Shown here: piece after piece, positions 11,729 through 24,084 of the stretch
How positions within the stretch are numbered: position 1 is the stretch's first letter
How the letters are laid out: the number at the start of each line of letters is the position of its first letter
Assembly (NCBI GenBank): GCA_910592345.1
Contig: CAJVPI010000278.1
Coordinates: forward strand, 1 to 36,973
Length of the DNA: 36,973 nt
Direction: 5' to 3'
DNA from: Paraglomus brasilianum
Taxonomy: Eukaryota
The notes under the pieces: model-generated
What the model saw: only the letters and a program-made list of their open reading frames with translations
What the model was told of the DNA's origin: nothing
Database searches by the model: none
Position numbers and translations under genes: made by a program

Positions 11729-13502
11729 TGCTGAGGATAGAGCACTAACTAGTGAAGATTCTGATGATCGGAGTTTTAGAATAGCAAATGAAGTCTTTAG
11801 AAGGCATTCAACGTAGGAGATACCTCTGTGTACTATGTGGAGAGTTGATGGTTGATTAAAAGAGGCAAGATGGCATTTTAGTACACACCCAAGTCTTGAA
11901 GAAATATTCAGCTTGGGGAGGATTCTCTGTGTTATATGCAGTTGAAGGGTGATTCAAAAAAGATAGCATTTATATCAGTAGTACTAGTACAGTTGTATTA
12001 TTAAGTTCAATGGCTGTATATAATATGAATCATAAATCTTTAAATAATGCTTTGTAGTGTAAGAATATAAATAATATATATTGTGAGAATTACCCACAAC
12101 GATTTAATTATACAAGGTTTTAAATAACGTATATATGTGTTTATAATAAGCATCTCGTAATTAACTGTATTGGTCATAGTATTTGTGCAAAGTCTATTTA
12201 TTGAACTGTATAATTGATGTATATTATATCTTATATGTACGGCGTCATGAACATACGATTTGCGCTGTGTTGTACAGGGATTTTATAGGCGTTAGACAAA
12301 CGAATGACACAGAAACGAACATCAGCTAATCCATACAATTATTAATCATAGGTTATCACGCACATTGTTGCTCCATTGTTCTGGATCTGCTCCACAGACA
12401 AATTTGAAATTCGGAAGGTTGTGTGTCGTTGTCATTCCACAAAAGGCAGAAAACAATACGAGGAGACTTCGGAAGAGTCTTGCTTGAATATGGCAACTAA
12501 ATTGTACAGTTTGACTCCCATTTGTACAATAAAAGTCACATACATGTTTCCTAAAATGACAACCTTTAAACAAAGAAGAATATCTCTTCCGATTGCATTG
12601 ATAATATAATCTATGCTATTGTCGCATAATAGCGGTCATTGTCCTAAGCCGATTATCGGTTATTATTTATTATACCTACCCCAATATCTAATTATAAACG
12701 GCCGAAATTAAAATATCAATTACTAATTAACGACAAAACGCCATAGTATTAATAATAATCACTACAACCATTGACGTCTTGATAGTTAATTGTTGGCGAC
12801 GCACAGCGACTAGAATTCGGACGGGGTAGATTTTCCTCATGCAAACCTTTCAAACCGTCAATGCTATTTTACTTATTAAGCTAAATTTGTAATATTTTCT
12901 GTAACAAGGGAAACATGGTACCTTCGTAATTAGTGTACTGTCAAGATAATTTCCAAATTGTCGGTTCAACCACTGGCTGTATCACAATAACCGTCAAGAT
13001 ATCTGGTTGTGCTTCATCAGTGACTAGTACCGAGCGGAGATTATCATTGATGGCGATAAGTTATACATTCACAATCGTATTCCATTCGGAGAATTATGCG
13101 TCTAACTGTAGCATCAATTGAATTCTTACTTTGCATTTAGAGTAAGCAGAGAATGGAGCATACAGTATCATATGCAAACTAATATTACGTCAACATAACG
13201 TGATATCTAATGTAATGATCGTTATGCACTGCTTCAATCCGTGATTGAATGACGATAAAGTGTATGTGATTATAAACACATTACACTGGAATATCCGTTT
13301 CTTGCAAGGCATCTTGGGAAAGGCCATGCAAAATTTTAATGCAGTTCTCACGATTAATATAGATTTATAATTACCCCTCTTTGGTTGCACTAAGCAAAAA
13401 AATTTACTGTTACGATAATGAATGATAATAATAAACAAAACCAGACCAATTAAATCCGTAGTATTAAGAATCTCCTATGTACGTATATTCCCCCTGTTGC
13501 GA

Positions 13503-14393
13503 CAGTCGACTGTCGATATCGAACTTATAAATTTGTTAAGTCGACCGTATAAATAATTTTTATTATATACTACAATTACATTCAAACATTTCCATTCAAG
13601 GGTTAATTTATTGATTCTGCCGATTATAAATAACCTTATTATTATGCTAAACGATTAAGAAATCTATCATTATGAACGTCGTCTGTTATAGAAAATGCTA
13701 TGCTCTTAACGGTGATGTTATAATTGTTAAAGCTCGCCATTATGCAAAGCGTGTAAAAATTAACGACTTAAAGGAACAGACGGCTGGCTGTCTAAGTTTA
13801 AGAAACGTTATAAACCGTAAAGCATGGAGAAGCGGTAGTGAGTAGGGTGAAATTATTTGAAGAGAGAAAAACTTTGTAAGGATTGGATGACATATATAAT
13901 GCATTCTGGGCAATGAAACCTTATCCAATCCTAAGCTCAATGGGAGAAAAAAGAATAAAGGTAAAGTTTCGATACTACTAACAACAGACGCCTCAGGAAC
14001 AGATAAATTGCCACCATTGTTTATTTACAAACACCAAACATCACGTCTTCTGAGAACTGCACATCTTCCAGTTCAGTATTCTAAAGCTCATATGCAGGTA
14101 ATGCGTTGCTTGAATTAATTTATAGCGATTAAATAAATATAGTATATAATTAGCTATGTAATTAGCTTGTAATAAATTAGGTGTCAATGTTCAACGAGTG
14201 GCTCAAATGGTCTCAGTGCATAAAATTTTCTCTGAAAACGAACCAACAAATATCAACGACATTTGCACTACAACCGCGTGATGCCGGTATAGTACATAGT
14301 TTCAAATCTCATTATCGAAAGCTTTTCGTGCGCCATAAATTACAATTACTTGAAGAACATTTGAAAACCGCAAATTTACTGCTGGAGATTTAA
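13503..14393 (+). mobile_element. Degraded pogo/Tigger-type (DDE_1, CENP-B-like) transposon relic
   Basis: Fragments GRKKNKGKVSILLTTDASGTDKLPPLFIYK, MFNEWLKW and LQPRDAGIVHSFKSHYRK match pogo transposase motifs (G.K..K.R.T......A.G..KL, LQP.D.GI...FK..YR). Possible left TIR CAGTCGACTGTCGATATCGAAC at 13503. Right end not found. Confidence 0.8.
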
Positions 14394-14950
14394 TCAATTA
14401 ATAATATCCGGCCAGAGATAACTACTAACGATTGAACGCAAATACAGTAATAAGAGAAGACCAATCTTATCTGCACATTTCCTTTTTATTCTATATTTGA
14501 TCGAATATCTGAACGTGTATATGTCTACTAGCATGCCATGCCTTCGCATCGTATAACCAATTAATGGGATAATAGGTCATTTGGCTAACCGAGTGTAATA
14601 TATGTTTTTCTCTTCATAATTACGAAATAATAATTTCCCATTTTACAGTAATTCAAAGGAGGGACCTGAAAAACTAATTCACAGAAGTCAAAATAAATTT
14701 AAATTTCATAAGCTGCAACAATTTTCCTATTTATGCTTTCTACTTTAAGTGCAAAACTAAAATTAACAATTAATAGCAAAGACGCCAAAACTCGGTAATA
14801 GTGCTTATCCAAACATAATTTTTTGTTTGTATAATATGAACACTGGTAATAAGAATTTGAATTAGGTAACACCAATTCTGCTCTCGCCACTTCGTTACCG
14901 GTAGTGACCGTCAAAGAAAGCTTATAGATTCCACAAAGTGGATGATATAG

Positions 14951-15205
14951 AAAAAGAGGGTGACATCGCCACCGCCCCCACCCTCTTGGTTAGAGGCCCT
15001 TCCAAGAGGTTCCGCACCACTTGCCAAGAATTTCGCACCATTCGTTAAGATAAAAATACACTGCCTTCCATTTTGAAGGATCCACTGTGGATTCTCTTTG
15101 GCTTTGTAAAGGAAGCGGTTTGCCAAGCACCGTTAAGACGTCCAGTCGGAGGCAACGCGATGATCTCAGTGCGATTTCTTGTTAAAAGTCCAAAAGCGAC
15201 CAATC
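14951..15205 (-). ncRNA. Candidate structured non-coding RNA (~250 nt), family not identified
   Basis: GC-rich island in AT-rich intergenic DNA with several inverted repeats: 14954-14962/14979-14987, 14982-14989/15002-15009, CCTTC..GAAGG and ATCCA..TGGAT near 15064-15092. On the - strand it ends in a hairpin plus T-run. No credible ORF. Confidence 0.5.
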
Positions 15206-16642
15206 TTTGGAAGGATTTTTTGTAAAACACTGGATAACGACCGTCAAAGGTACGAATGGTGTTCAGAATACGCGGGTTATTCGGTCAACTTTCTTTCGAC
15301 ACTTACTATCTTCATCGACAGAAAAAATTTATTTTTTTTTCCAAACGTAGTTCCTAATACTAACACCGGTAACGTCAGATGTTCCATTTGTTATTGTCTG
15401 ATTTTATACAGGAATACTCTTATATTATATATTTAGAAAACAAAATTGGGTAATTTAAAATTTATTATAATAGATGCTGACAAAAATACCAATGTTGATA
15501 TTCATGTCATTATTTATTTCTATGCTAACTGCCCATGTTTTCATCAATTTGGGACAATTTGCGAGTTTGTTTTTATTTAAAGGGTTCCGATGTCAATTGC
15601 CAAAAATCAATCGGACATATTTACGATAATCGATACACATAATTTGTCTCTTTATTATTCTTTAAAAACAAAGTATATACAGCATATTTGCATATTCACT
15701 AGAGCAATTGCATGGAAGGAAATACTCGGGCTCAAGGCCATTGCCCAAGGCCATTGATGAGTATCCCTATACTTTGGTCGCGCTAGTAAAATCTATACTA
15801 CACATCATTGGTGACATTATTAACATGTTCTTCTCTCCTCTTCCTTTCTTTGTTTCTAAGCTTAAAGGTGAAATGCAAACGGGAGAGTTAATTATGATCA
15901 ATCTGTGGCGCGTTCAGCAGTTTTAATCTTTCCGTGGCACCATGTTCACTTTGTAAATACAGAATAAAAGAAAACTCCTAGTGAAGACAATATCAATGGC
16001 TTATGAAGATTCGATAGCTTGACCAGTTGGTATTCCTTTAGTCACTCCAATACAAAATATTCATAGTTCTTCAACTTTCAAGATGATCAATAGCAATAAG
16101 GAACAAGAAAACAGAATAGGTTTTGTGAGGATAAAATTTTACTGTTGAAGAACTTCGTAGCATAAGCTGACATGATACCAGAAAGTGCATATTAAATACA
16201 GAAGATGAGTTTAAGAAAGAACAGCTTCGCGTGCATTAGTGAGTGAAAGCATGGGCAATACTTTATTAGACAAGAATGTTCACCGCCTGGTTGTTGATCT
16301 CGAGGATGGTTAAAGCGAGCTAACAGAAAAACACAAGTAACCATCGCGCATGTACATACAATGTACCGTATCTGCTGCAACTTATAGATTAGCATACATT
16401 TTGAATAATGCTCAGTAAGAAACTAAGTTCGTAATATTTGTAAATCGAATATTCTTGTATTCAATTGCAAGTTCGGACTGTTGGGAAAAAATTCGTTAAT
16501 CCAAAGCTTGGTTGACTACGTAGGTTTATTACGAACTGCATCTAATGAAGAAGCATTCGACGTTTCACATGCAAGGATTATTTAGCATGTCTCGGTGAAC
16601 AAAACTTTATGGAGTTTAAAAATTGCAAAATTTTATTAGATA

Positions 16643-17206
16643 CAGTGTAAAACGGCGGTTACTTTTTTTTGTAATACATAAATAAATACGCGTTATTAAT
16701 AGCAATTGTACTACAAATACAATTCCATATCCAGTGAACAAATTTTCATAAGCGCAATTTTTGTTTACAGTACTTTCTTTGTTTATGGACAGAATGCACT
16801 GTTCTTTCGACCCGCAAAAATAGAAAATATGCAGGATATATCAATTTTGCATGTTACTGTATGGATCACATGAAAAAAAAAGGGTTGCAACAGGACAATG
16901 ATCCAAGAAATTTCTCAATCCATGTAATTCCCAATTGAAAATATGCCACAAAATACAGATGAATTAATGAGATTTGTGGTTGAGGAATGGGATGCAATTC
17001 CTCAGGAGATACATAGTTAATAATTTAGTCTCCTTCATGCAAAGCAGATGCGAAGCTATTTATTGCATGATGGCAATAGAATCTCACACTGAAAATTTAC
17101 TATTCAAAATAAGGTATCTAATAAGCTTTCAAGTTTGTTTAATTTAAATTCGTAATTGTTGAGATATACAGTTTTTTGTCGCCGCCGTTTTTTTCTTAAC
17201 ACATTG
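16643..17206 (+). mobile_element. Internally deleted Tc1/mariner relic with degenerate terminal inverted repeats
   Basis: Left end TA|CAGTGTAAAACGGCGG; right end reverse complement CAATGTGTTAAGAAAAAAACGGCGG. Interior fragments LQQDNDPR, ELMRFVVEEWDAIPQE and NNLVSFMQSRCEAI are Tc1 transposase C-terminal motifs. Confidence 0.75.
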
Positions 17207-17552
17207 CAAGTAATCACTTCAAGTGTTACTGTCTAATATAATAGTCTATACTAATAAAGAAATGGGTCTCTTTCTGTAATGAAAATTATTTTATCAGCAC
17301 TCTACAAATACATTCGAAATATGTACACAGAAGAAACGATAGGAAAATAGGATGTTACCGAGCGTATGCTACGGTTACGATTAAGCAATTAAAGAGTTTT
17401 GAACAACAGCTGTAGAAATATAATAAAAATAGCATTAATTAACATTATTACTGTCGAAAGGTTTAAAAGCGATGACACCAATATTAACACCAAACAATAG
17501 CAACGTCATGCATTCCGTCTATTATAATCCATCCTCCATTCCATCTTGGACC

Positions 17553-18851
17553 TTAGCGTGGCAATTCAGTCGTGCTCTGTTCTTGGCCCAAACCATCCGC
17601 ATCTTCAGCCTCTCTTTCTACTCGTTTCCTAATCCATACTGGGATCATCACTGCCAGTGCGATAAGTGCCAATCCTCCAATACTAGTCCAAGAGAAAAGA
17701 TGCAACCCCTCCTCGCTAGTCGCTTTCTCAATTGTCAAACCTGCCTGTACGTGTAAAGTTGATGGACCGGCGACTCCAAGAAGAGTTCCAAAAAAGAACG
17801 GTTTCAGCGGTACTCCAACATGTGGAGCGGCAATGTTAGCAAACCAATTAGGCGGGAATGGGGCGATACGGAGGACTATTATGTAGTTTAAAAGATGCGT
17901 GGAATGTGCTTGTAGGGTGGCTGACCAGCGATCAAGGCGGTCGGCCATTTTGCGTCTTACTAATGATTTACCAAACCGTTTTGAGAGTAGGTAGCAATTT
18001 GTTGCACCGACTGCGGAACACTTTAGAACGTTCAAGGAATTGAATTCAGTATTGTGGATGATACGTTGACAGATTTAGAAGGTAGAGAAGATTACTTACT
18101 ATGCATACTGTTGCCAAAGCGACTGGGAGACCAAATAATGCTCCGCCGAGTATTGACAGCCACATGCTTCCCGGTATTGAGAACGTGTTAAGACTATACA
18201 AATTTATTGAAGCATCGTGATAATTAGTAATTCCGTTTAGTTATTACGACATTGGCCAACAAACAATCAATTTTTTTTAAAACTTACAATACATATACTA
18301 CGGTGAATGCAATGAGAACATTATAATAATATCTTCCCATGTAACTTCCAAGAAGCTCATTTAGCGCCTTTAGATCATCAAGGTTCTTTGGTAGGTGAAG
18401 AATATCTCGCTTTTCTCTACAAATTAAATTGATAATACATGTTAATAACCTTGATATATACAGTTAGATATCGCGTTGTATAGCCCGAGCGAAAGCGCGA
18501 TTGTACTAAAACATGCTGCGCATTCGCTATAGCTTTCGAATTGCACCCTTTATCTCACACTGAGCGATCTTATTTTACTTGTGGACGCTCCCACTTATTT
18601 ATTTCGTATACTTACTCATCGATTGGAGGTAAATATTCTTGAACGACCATATACACTATTATACACGATATAAAAAATAATGTAACCAATTGACCAATGG
18701 CCTTTAACATTCCCCATCTTGCTCTTCTTCTATTTATAAGCTCGATATCGGCAACAGTGATCGTGATAGCCGAATATGACTTCTTATAAGCTGTATCAGC
18801 AATGACGAGTGGTGACACTTCTGATATGTATGGTTTCGTTGTTTGTCGCAT
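17553..18851 (-). CDS. TMEM41/Tvp38 (DedA, SNARE-associated) family membrane protein (multi-exon)
   Basis: Spliced reading includes VYVFLNTFSIPGSMWLSILGGALFG, CSAVGATNCYLLSK and LRIAPFPPNWFANIAAPHVGVPLKPFFFGTLLG. Likely ATG at 18851 (MRQTTKP); stop at 17553-17555. Confidence 0.88.
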
Positions 18852-20269
18852 AGTGAGTTTGACTAGAGATGGGCGAGTTGCTCTGTATGCTGTTGGGTGT
18901 GATTTTTGATTCTCGCCTGCCAACGTGCGAGTTCTAAAGTATTTGTATAACGGAAAGTTGGTGGAAGTGGTGGAAGTAGGGGAAGGGTGGGGGCTTATAT
19001 GTTTTGTTGGGGGGACGTTTTTATACGACCTAATCAGAATCCGGAGAAATGACACCAAAACGAAAAGCTGATCCAACTAAATGGGATAATAGTAATAAGC
19101 AATTATACGTCATAGACCATAATAGTCGCCGTAGTCGTTTGTGATATATAGTTGGTTTAATGATATCATCGATACTACATTCAATCAGATGATATATTTA
19201 TTGCAAGCATGCCGAGGATGGGGTAAACAATAACCACAGTGAACAAAGATACCCAAATACGAAAACGTGAGAAATTTATTACTGCGACTATTTCTCACAC
19301 ACTTATTAGAAGGATTAACACAATTAGGTTGACAATCTTGTATTCTCATAGGTCAATTCATAATAATACACAAAACCTTTGCATTGTGTGAAACCATTTG
19401 TGTAAACCTACTATTACTATTACTGTTATTACTACTCCCCCCATCCCGCTACTTCGTCGTCCGTTTCTAATAGTATCGTGAGGTTAGTAAGTCAACTGGC
19501 AGTTTTACTTTGATTATTTATTCATACTGTTGCTAAATACAGTTATCACGCTGACTAATCCAACTAATACTAATACGGATGTTCGGATGTAAATGTTCCG
19601 GGAAACATCAAATTAATAAGGAAGTCGGTTGGAAAGTTCGAGTATGATCGTCGTTCGTTTTGAACACATGATTATTGAATGTTAATGTGTGTCACGTTAT
19701 CAAAAGCCAAGGTTTGTGCGACGGATGAAGTTTCCGCTCAATTGGACGCTTCCATGCACTGGCTTCAATCACAAATCATTTCTTTGCCCCCCTGATCATG
19801 AGATTCTCTGCAGTTCTATTGCACAACATATGCAACAAATAAATGAACCTACTGTGACTAATATATAGAAAATAGTAAGTTCAAGTTGTGAAAAAGCAGA
19901 TTGAGTGAACAAGATACTAGTCTATTGCCAGCAATTATACAGCTTTTGCATTTGGTTTATGCGAATTTAATTATAAGAAAGCTGACTCGATTACTCGTAA
20001 CACTACTTATACTGAACTATTCGAGTTGAAACTAATTATTCTTAGTGACTAAGCCCTTTTGGGAATGCTAACAATCAGGGATTCACTAGTGCATAGGCTT
20101 CATATGAAATTCTCATGACTATTTATTCAACTATCTTTGTCATTCGTCAATTAACGATGCTGACCTAAACCTTGAACTGAGTTTCGCATTATGCATTGCC
20201 TTTATTAATAGTTATATGAGGATGCTGTTTACCAATTTTTCTATTTTTTGATAAACATTAGCTTACGTA

Positions 20270-20980
20270 CGAATGCTCAATCGATCAAGCGCATGATTGT
20301 AACATATTAATAGTAAGCATTACTATTTCTCCGGAGAGAATCAAGGCTCCATCAAGCAATGCCCGGAGAAAGATTCCCCGAGCGCCATTTTCATCTCGAT
20401 CCATTACAGTCCCACAATTTCGGCACTTGTACTTCTCGGACCCTCAACGCTCCCACACCAGCTGCAAGTTTTTGAAGTATAGGCCTCATTTTGGATAATA
20501 ACATGGTCCTAATTCTTCTGCTTTAGCCGCCAGACGTTGATAGTGGCCCCAATAGAGCATTTTACGAACGGTTTTTCGTGTTATCTTTCTTGTTTTTCGA
20601 TTTAGCATATTCGACACCTCAAAAGGAGGGAATCAAATTCGCGAGTAAACTAGAGGCAGCCAGCTTGTCCTTTATAGAAAGAAGAGTATCCATATGCTTG
20701 CATAGACGAATAATTCGTCCAATGTCGTATTGGCCAATTTTACCTAGGAGAGTACCATGTGAAGGGTGTACGAACGCCAGGGTCAATGGAAACTGCATGA
20801 ATAGAACTATCCGCTTGGGTTTCGCGGAGTTGTTTTTGCGTCTCGTAAACCCACGAAATTTTCCATTCATTAGTTTTGTGATCTTGCAATCGGACGTTAT
20901 ACAGGCCACTTATTGAAATGAAGCGGCCACAAATCGCGTTTGTCGTCCAGAGCTTATAACGGTATGCATGGATTTATGGA
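20270..20980 (-). pseudogene. Degraded IS607-like TnpB/Fanzor2 element (nuclease pseudogene plus right end)
   Basis: Across frameshifts on the - strand: HAVSIDPGVRTPFTWYSP (RuvC-I, Asp codon 20784-20782); GKIGQYDIGRIIRLCKHMDTLLS; PPFEVSNMLNRKTRKITRKTVRKMLYWGHYQRLAAKAEELG; VIIQNEAYTSKTCSWCG; KYKCRNCGTVMDRDENGARGIFLRALLDGAL (RuvC-III). Ends TTGATCGATTGAGCATTCG at 20270. Upstream boundary approximate. Confidence 0.9.
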
Positions 20981-23374
20981 GATGGGTGATTTGTCGTACC
21001 ATTATTATTATAGTCGAGCAGAATTTTAGTAATCCTTTAAATAAATAAATGGTTATTAGTAACATCACATCAGTTATTCAAACAATCGTAACAGACATTA
21101 GCATCTCTAATATTCTATACATACTCATTTTCTGTATCTCATTACCTGTTGAACACATTGCCGCGTCGATTAATAGCTTCAATTCCTGTGAATTAACATT
21201 GTATTAATAGACATAAGACATTCGATATGTACATAGTACGTCACCCGTCTTTGTTTTCCAAACAAGACACACTGTCTAAACTGGATGACAAATAATCCTA
21301 CTGATTACACATACATGTCGCCATTCTCTATCTAGCTGTGCTTATATACCATAATGCATCATTTCTGATATTCTCTCACATATTTTTCCCCATGCCCAGT
21401 TATAATCCCACTACATATCCTCACTGTCTCTGCTCTAACTCTGTACATATATACACATACCGCTCATGCATCTTCTTTCCTCAATCTATCGAAAAGGCTA
21501 CTATAATAAACAAGTACCGTAAATAAGGGCCTCCTCTGTAAATTTTTTCTCGCCTACTTTCAAGCTCTTCCGGACATTTTATGCAGATTGGCTAAAAACA
21601 GGGGAGAACAACTTTGAGAGTTTACGGTATAGTAATAAAAACGCTAGTCACGAATCAATTATTCAGCGTTTTGTAATCTGTAAAAGAATTAGTTGAGATC
21701 GCTGTCGCAACGAAAAGCTTATTATCTATTACTCGACATAATAATGCCAAGACAACAGTTGCGTTTTGCGTAACAAACTGTCTTTTAAAAACATTAACGA
21801 TATATTAATATTTACACATACATACGAAATCTCTTTTCTCAAAAACTGTCGCTCTAGTAAACAAAGTGACAATAATAAAAATTGTTCATAGGCAGAGCTA
21901 TTCGAGTTTAGTTCTCTCTTGGTTATGACTAAAATATATATATATATTTCTCAAAAGACGCAAATCTTTACTCCATTAAATTTATATAACACGTTGATGC
22001 GTTTAAATACTCACGGCTCGTATGCCCCCGATCTTGTATACTCATACGTTAATCTTGGAATGCTAATTAACTCTGCCGGTGGATGAAATCCGATAGCCTA
22101 TCGGTAAAGCATATCTACACTAAACTAAACGCGTTTGTTAGATAACAATTAATTAGCAATCGTATTGCCAACCGGAATAATCATAAAACAAGAACAAACA
22201 ACTAATAATCATAGTTATCGAAGATTATAAAGGGCGATAAATTTCAACGCGTCTTCCCTTACACTCGTGCTCAGCCTAGTGGTGAGTTTATTTTAATAAT
22301 CGTAAACAATAAATTTGATTGATTTCACTACATAATCGTAGTATTTTATTTAATATGAAATTAGCACCGAATAGATTAAGGTCATTCTCAACGCCTTACA
22401 ACAATACAACATTACAACACAGGAACACAACACGATGAAATCTAGAATTGGCGGCACGCATTTGGAAAACATCAGAAATTGTCTGGCAACGGATGGTACA
22501 ATAGAGCGTGTTCGTGGTAATCTAAAAAGAGTGCCACGATAGAAGACGAGAATAAAGGCGTTGCTGCAGCTGTGAAAAATTTTCTCGAGATTGTGCTAAT
22601 TATCAAGTCCTGGTCTCAATCGCTTGTTATACTGTAAATCGGTCTGTCGTAATTTGTTCGCAAGCTATGACTCTCATGTTCGCTTGATCACTTAACAATA
22701 TAATTGACTAAAAGTAAACCCAGACATAATCTAGAAATCGATGTTTCTCTCCGTTTTTATTGTTAGGTTTTCGTATAGTATATCTTTTCTACGATTGCAC
22801 GCGATGCAAGGTAATGGCAAGCTAATAAGCGAAGCATATAGAATCTTTCCCTTTAGGCGGTTGGGAATAAGCGTGTGCAATCTAGAAACAATCGTCAGCA
22901 AGAGCATGGATATATGTGAGCTGGTAAACCCTATCAAAGGAATTAAGAAGTAACTTATCAGTAGCTCTCCCAGATAACAATAATGTTTGGTTTTGGTCAC
23001 GGATCGTAGTATCAAAGTACGATGAACCAAATTTCCATGAGATGCAGTGAATTACTTCTTCCTTTGGAAATAGGCTTTCAGTGCTGACTTTTTAAACCAT
23101 CTTAAGTTGAACTCTGAAGAGCATGCTTGGCCAGCAAAGACAATCGATTACGAAATAATGTACTTTGTTCTATTATCCGTATTTACTATGTAATTAACAA
23201 TAAATTGTAGTACTTTGAAGCTAATTGATGGTATTTCGAGGCGTTATTATAATCAATTAGTTTTGTCACATTGCCTATCAATTATGAGAAGTCTAGTTTT
23301 CCAAAGTTTGCAACCGAGTTATAAGCCACCAATAGCCAGTATTATCCAAATCACTGTGACACTACTCAGGAAGC

Positions 23375-24084
23375 ATGTATAAGGAGAGCAGAACCGAATT
23401 GATGAGCTGGGATATATTAGCGGGGATAATTGGTATGACGGTAATTGAAATATTGCAGCTTAATATGTCAGTTTGCAGAGCTGACGCCCTTATATGATCC
23501 TACTCATAATCCAACAGGAACAGGGTAACTATGACATTTCGCAAACAAATGATTATACGTCGCGTGTTATGAACCACTGGCACCGTTATAGCCGGACTTG
23601 ACTGCACTCTCCCTAAATTATCACTCTTAAATCTCTCGATAACAACTATGCCAGTAATCACCATCTATTAACGAGGACTCCAGAAGTGACCCAGTCGTAC
23701 CGAGAATTTCGCAAGACTACAATCAGACAATATGGTTCTATTGACAATTATGTACGAGAAGTTATTTTACGAGTGCCTGCAACGAAAAACACTACAGCTG
23801 CTTCAGCCTCGCCTTCGTCTGCATCACAACATCTGCCTTCATCCGAGTATATTATACGGAAGAATGATTTTCCATACGCATTAGAACAGGGAATAGAACA
23901 TTGGGTAATATGGTCACTGAAGGAGATGACGCATGATGAGGTGGAAGAAGCACTGAGAAGAACGTTCAACGAAAAGGAACGGATGTTCGTTATTAATCCC
24001 GCGCATTTACAAAGCGTTGGGGGTGTATGGCATGGACATATTTTTACCAGAGATAATGATAGCGAAAGTAATGTAACAAATTAG
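23375..24084 (+). CDS. DUF3605 / Gig1-like (N-acetylglucosamine-induced protein 1 family) protein, three exons
   Basis: MYKESRTELMSWDILAGII|GTG|NHHLLTRTPEV...YGSIDNYV...IRKNDFPYALEQGIEHWVIWS...NPAHLQSVGGVWHGHIF. The NDFPY..E.GI.H.V.WS and NP..LQSV....H.H motifs are characteristic of the family. Confidence 0.85.

Noticed and set aside
18852..19076. N-terminal extension of the TMEM41 ORF in the ORF track
   Set aside because: It begins at a non-ATG codon and looks like promoter/5' UTR sequence; the ATG at 18851 is preferred.
20578..20916. 112-aa + strand ORF and 96-aa - strand ORF from the ORF track
   Set aside because: These are antisense or partly out-of-frame shadows of the frameshifted Fanzor2 pseudogene.
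22731..23030. 99-aa - strand ORF and overlapping + strand ORF
   Set aside because: No recognisable motif or splice structure. It may be a decayed relic but cannot be supported.
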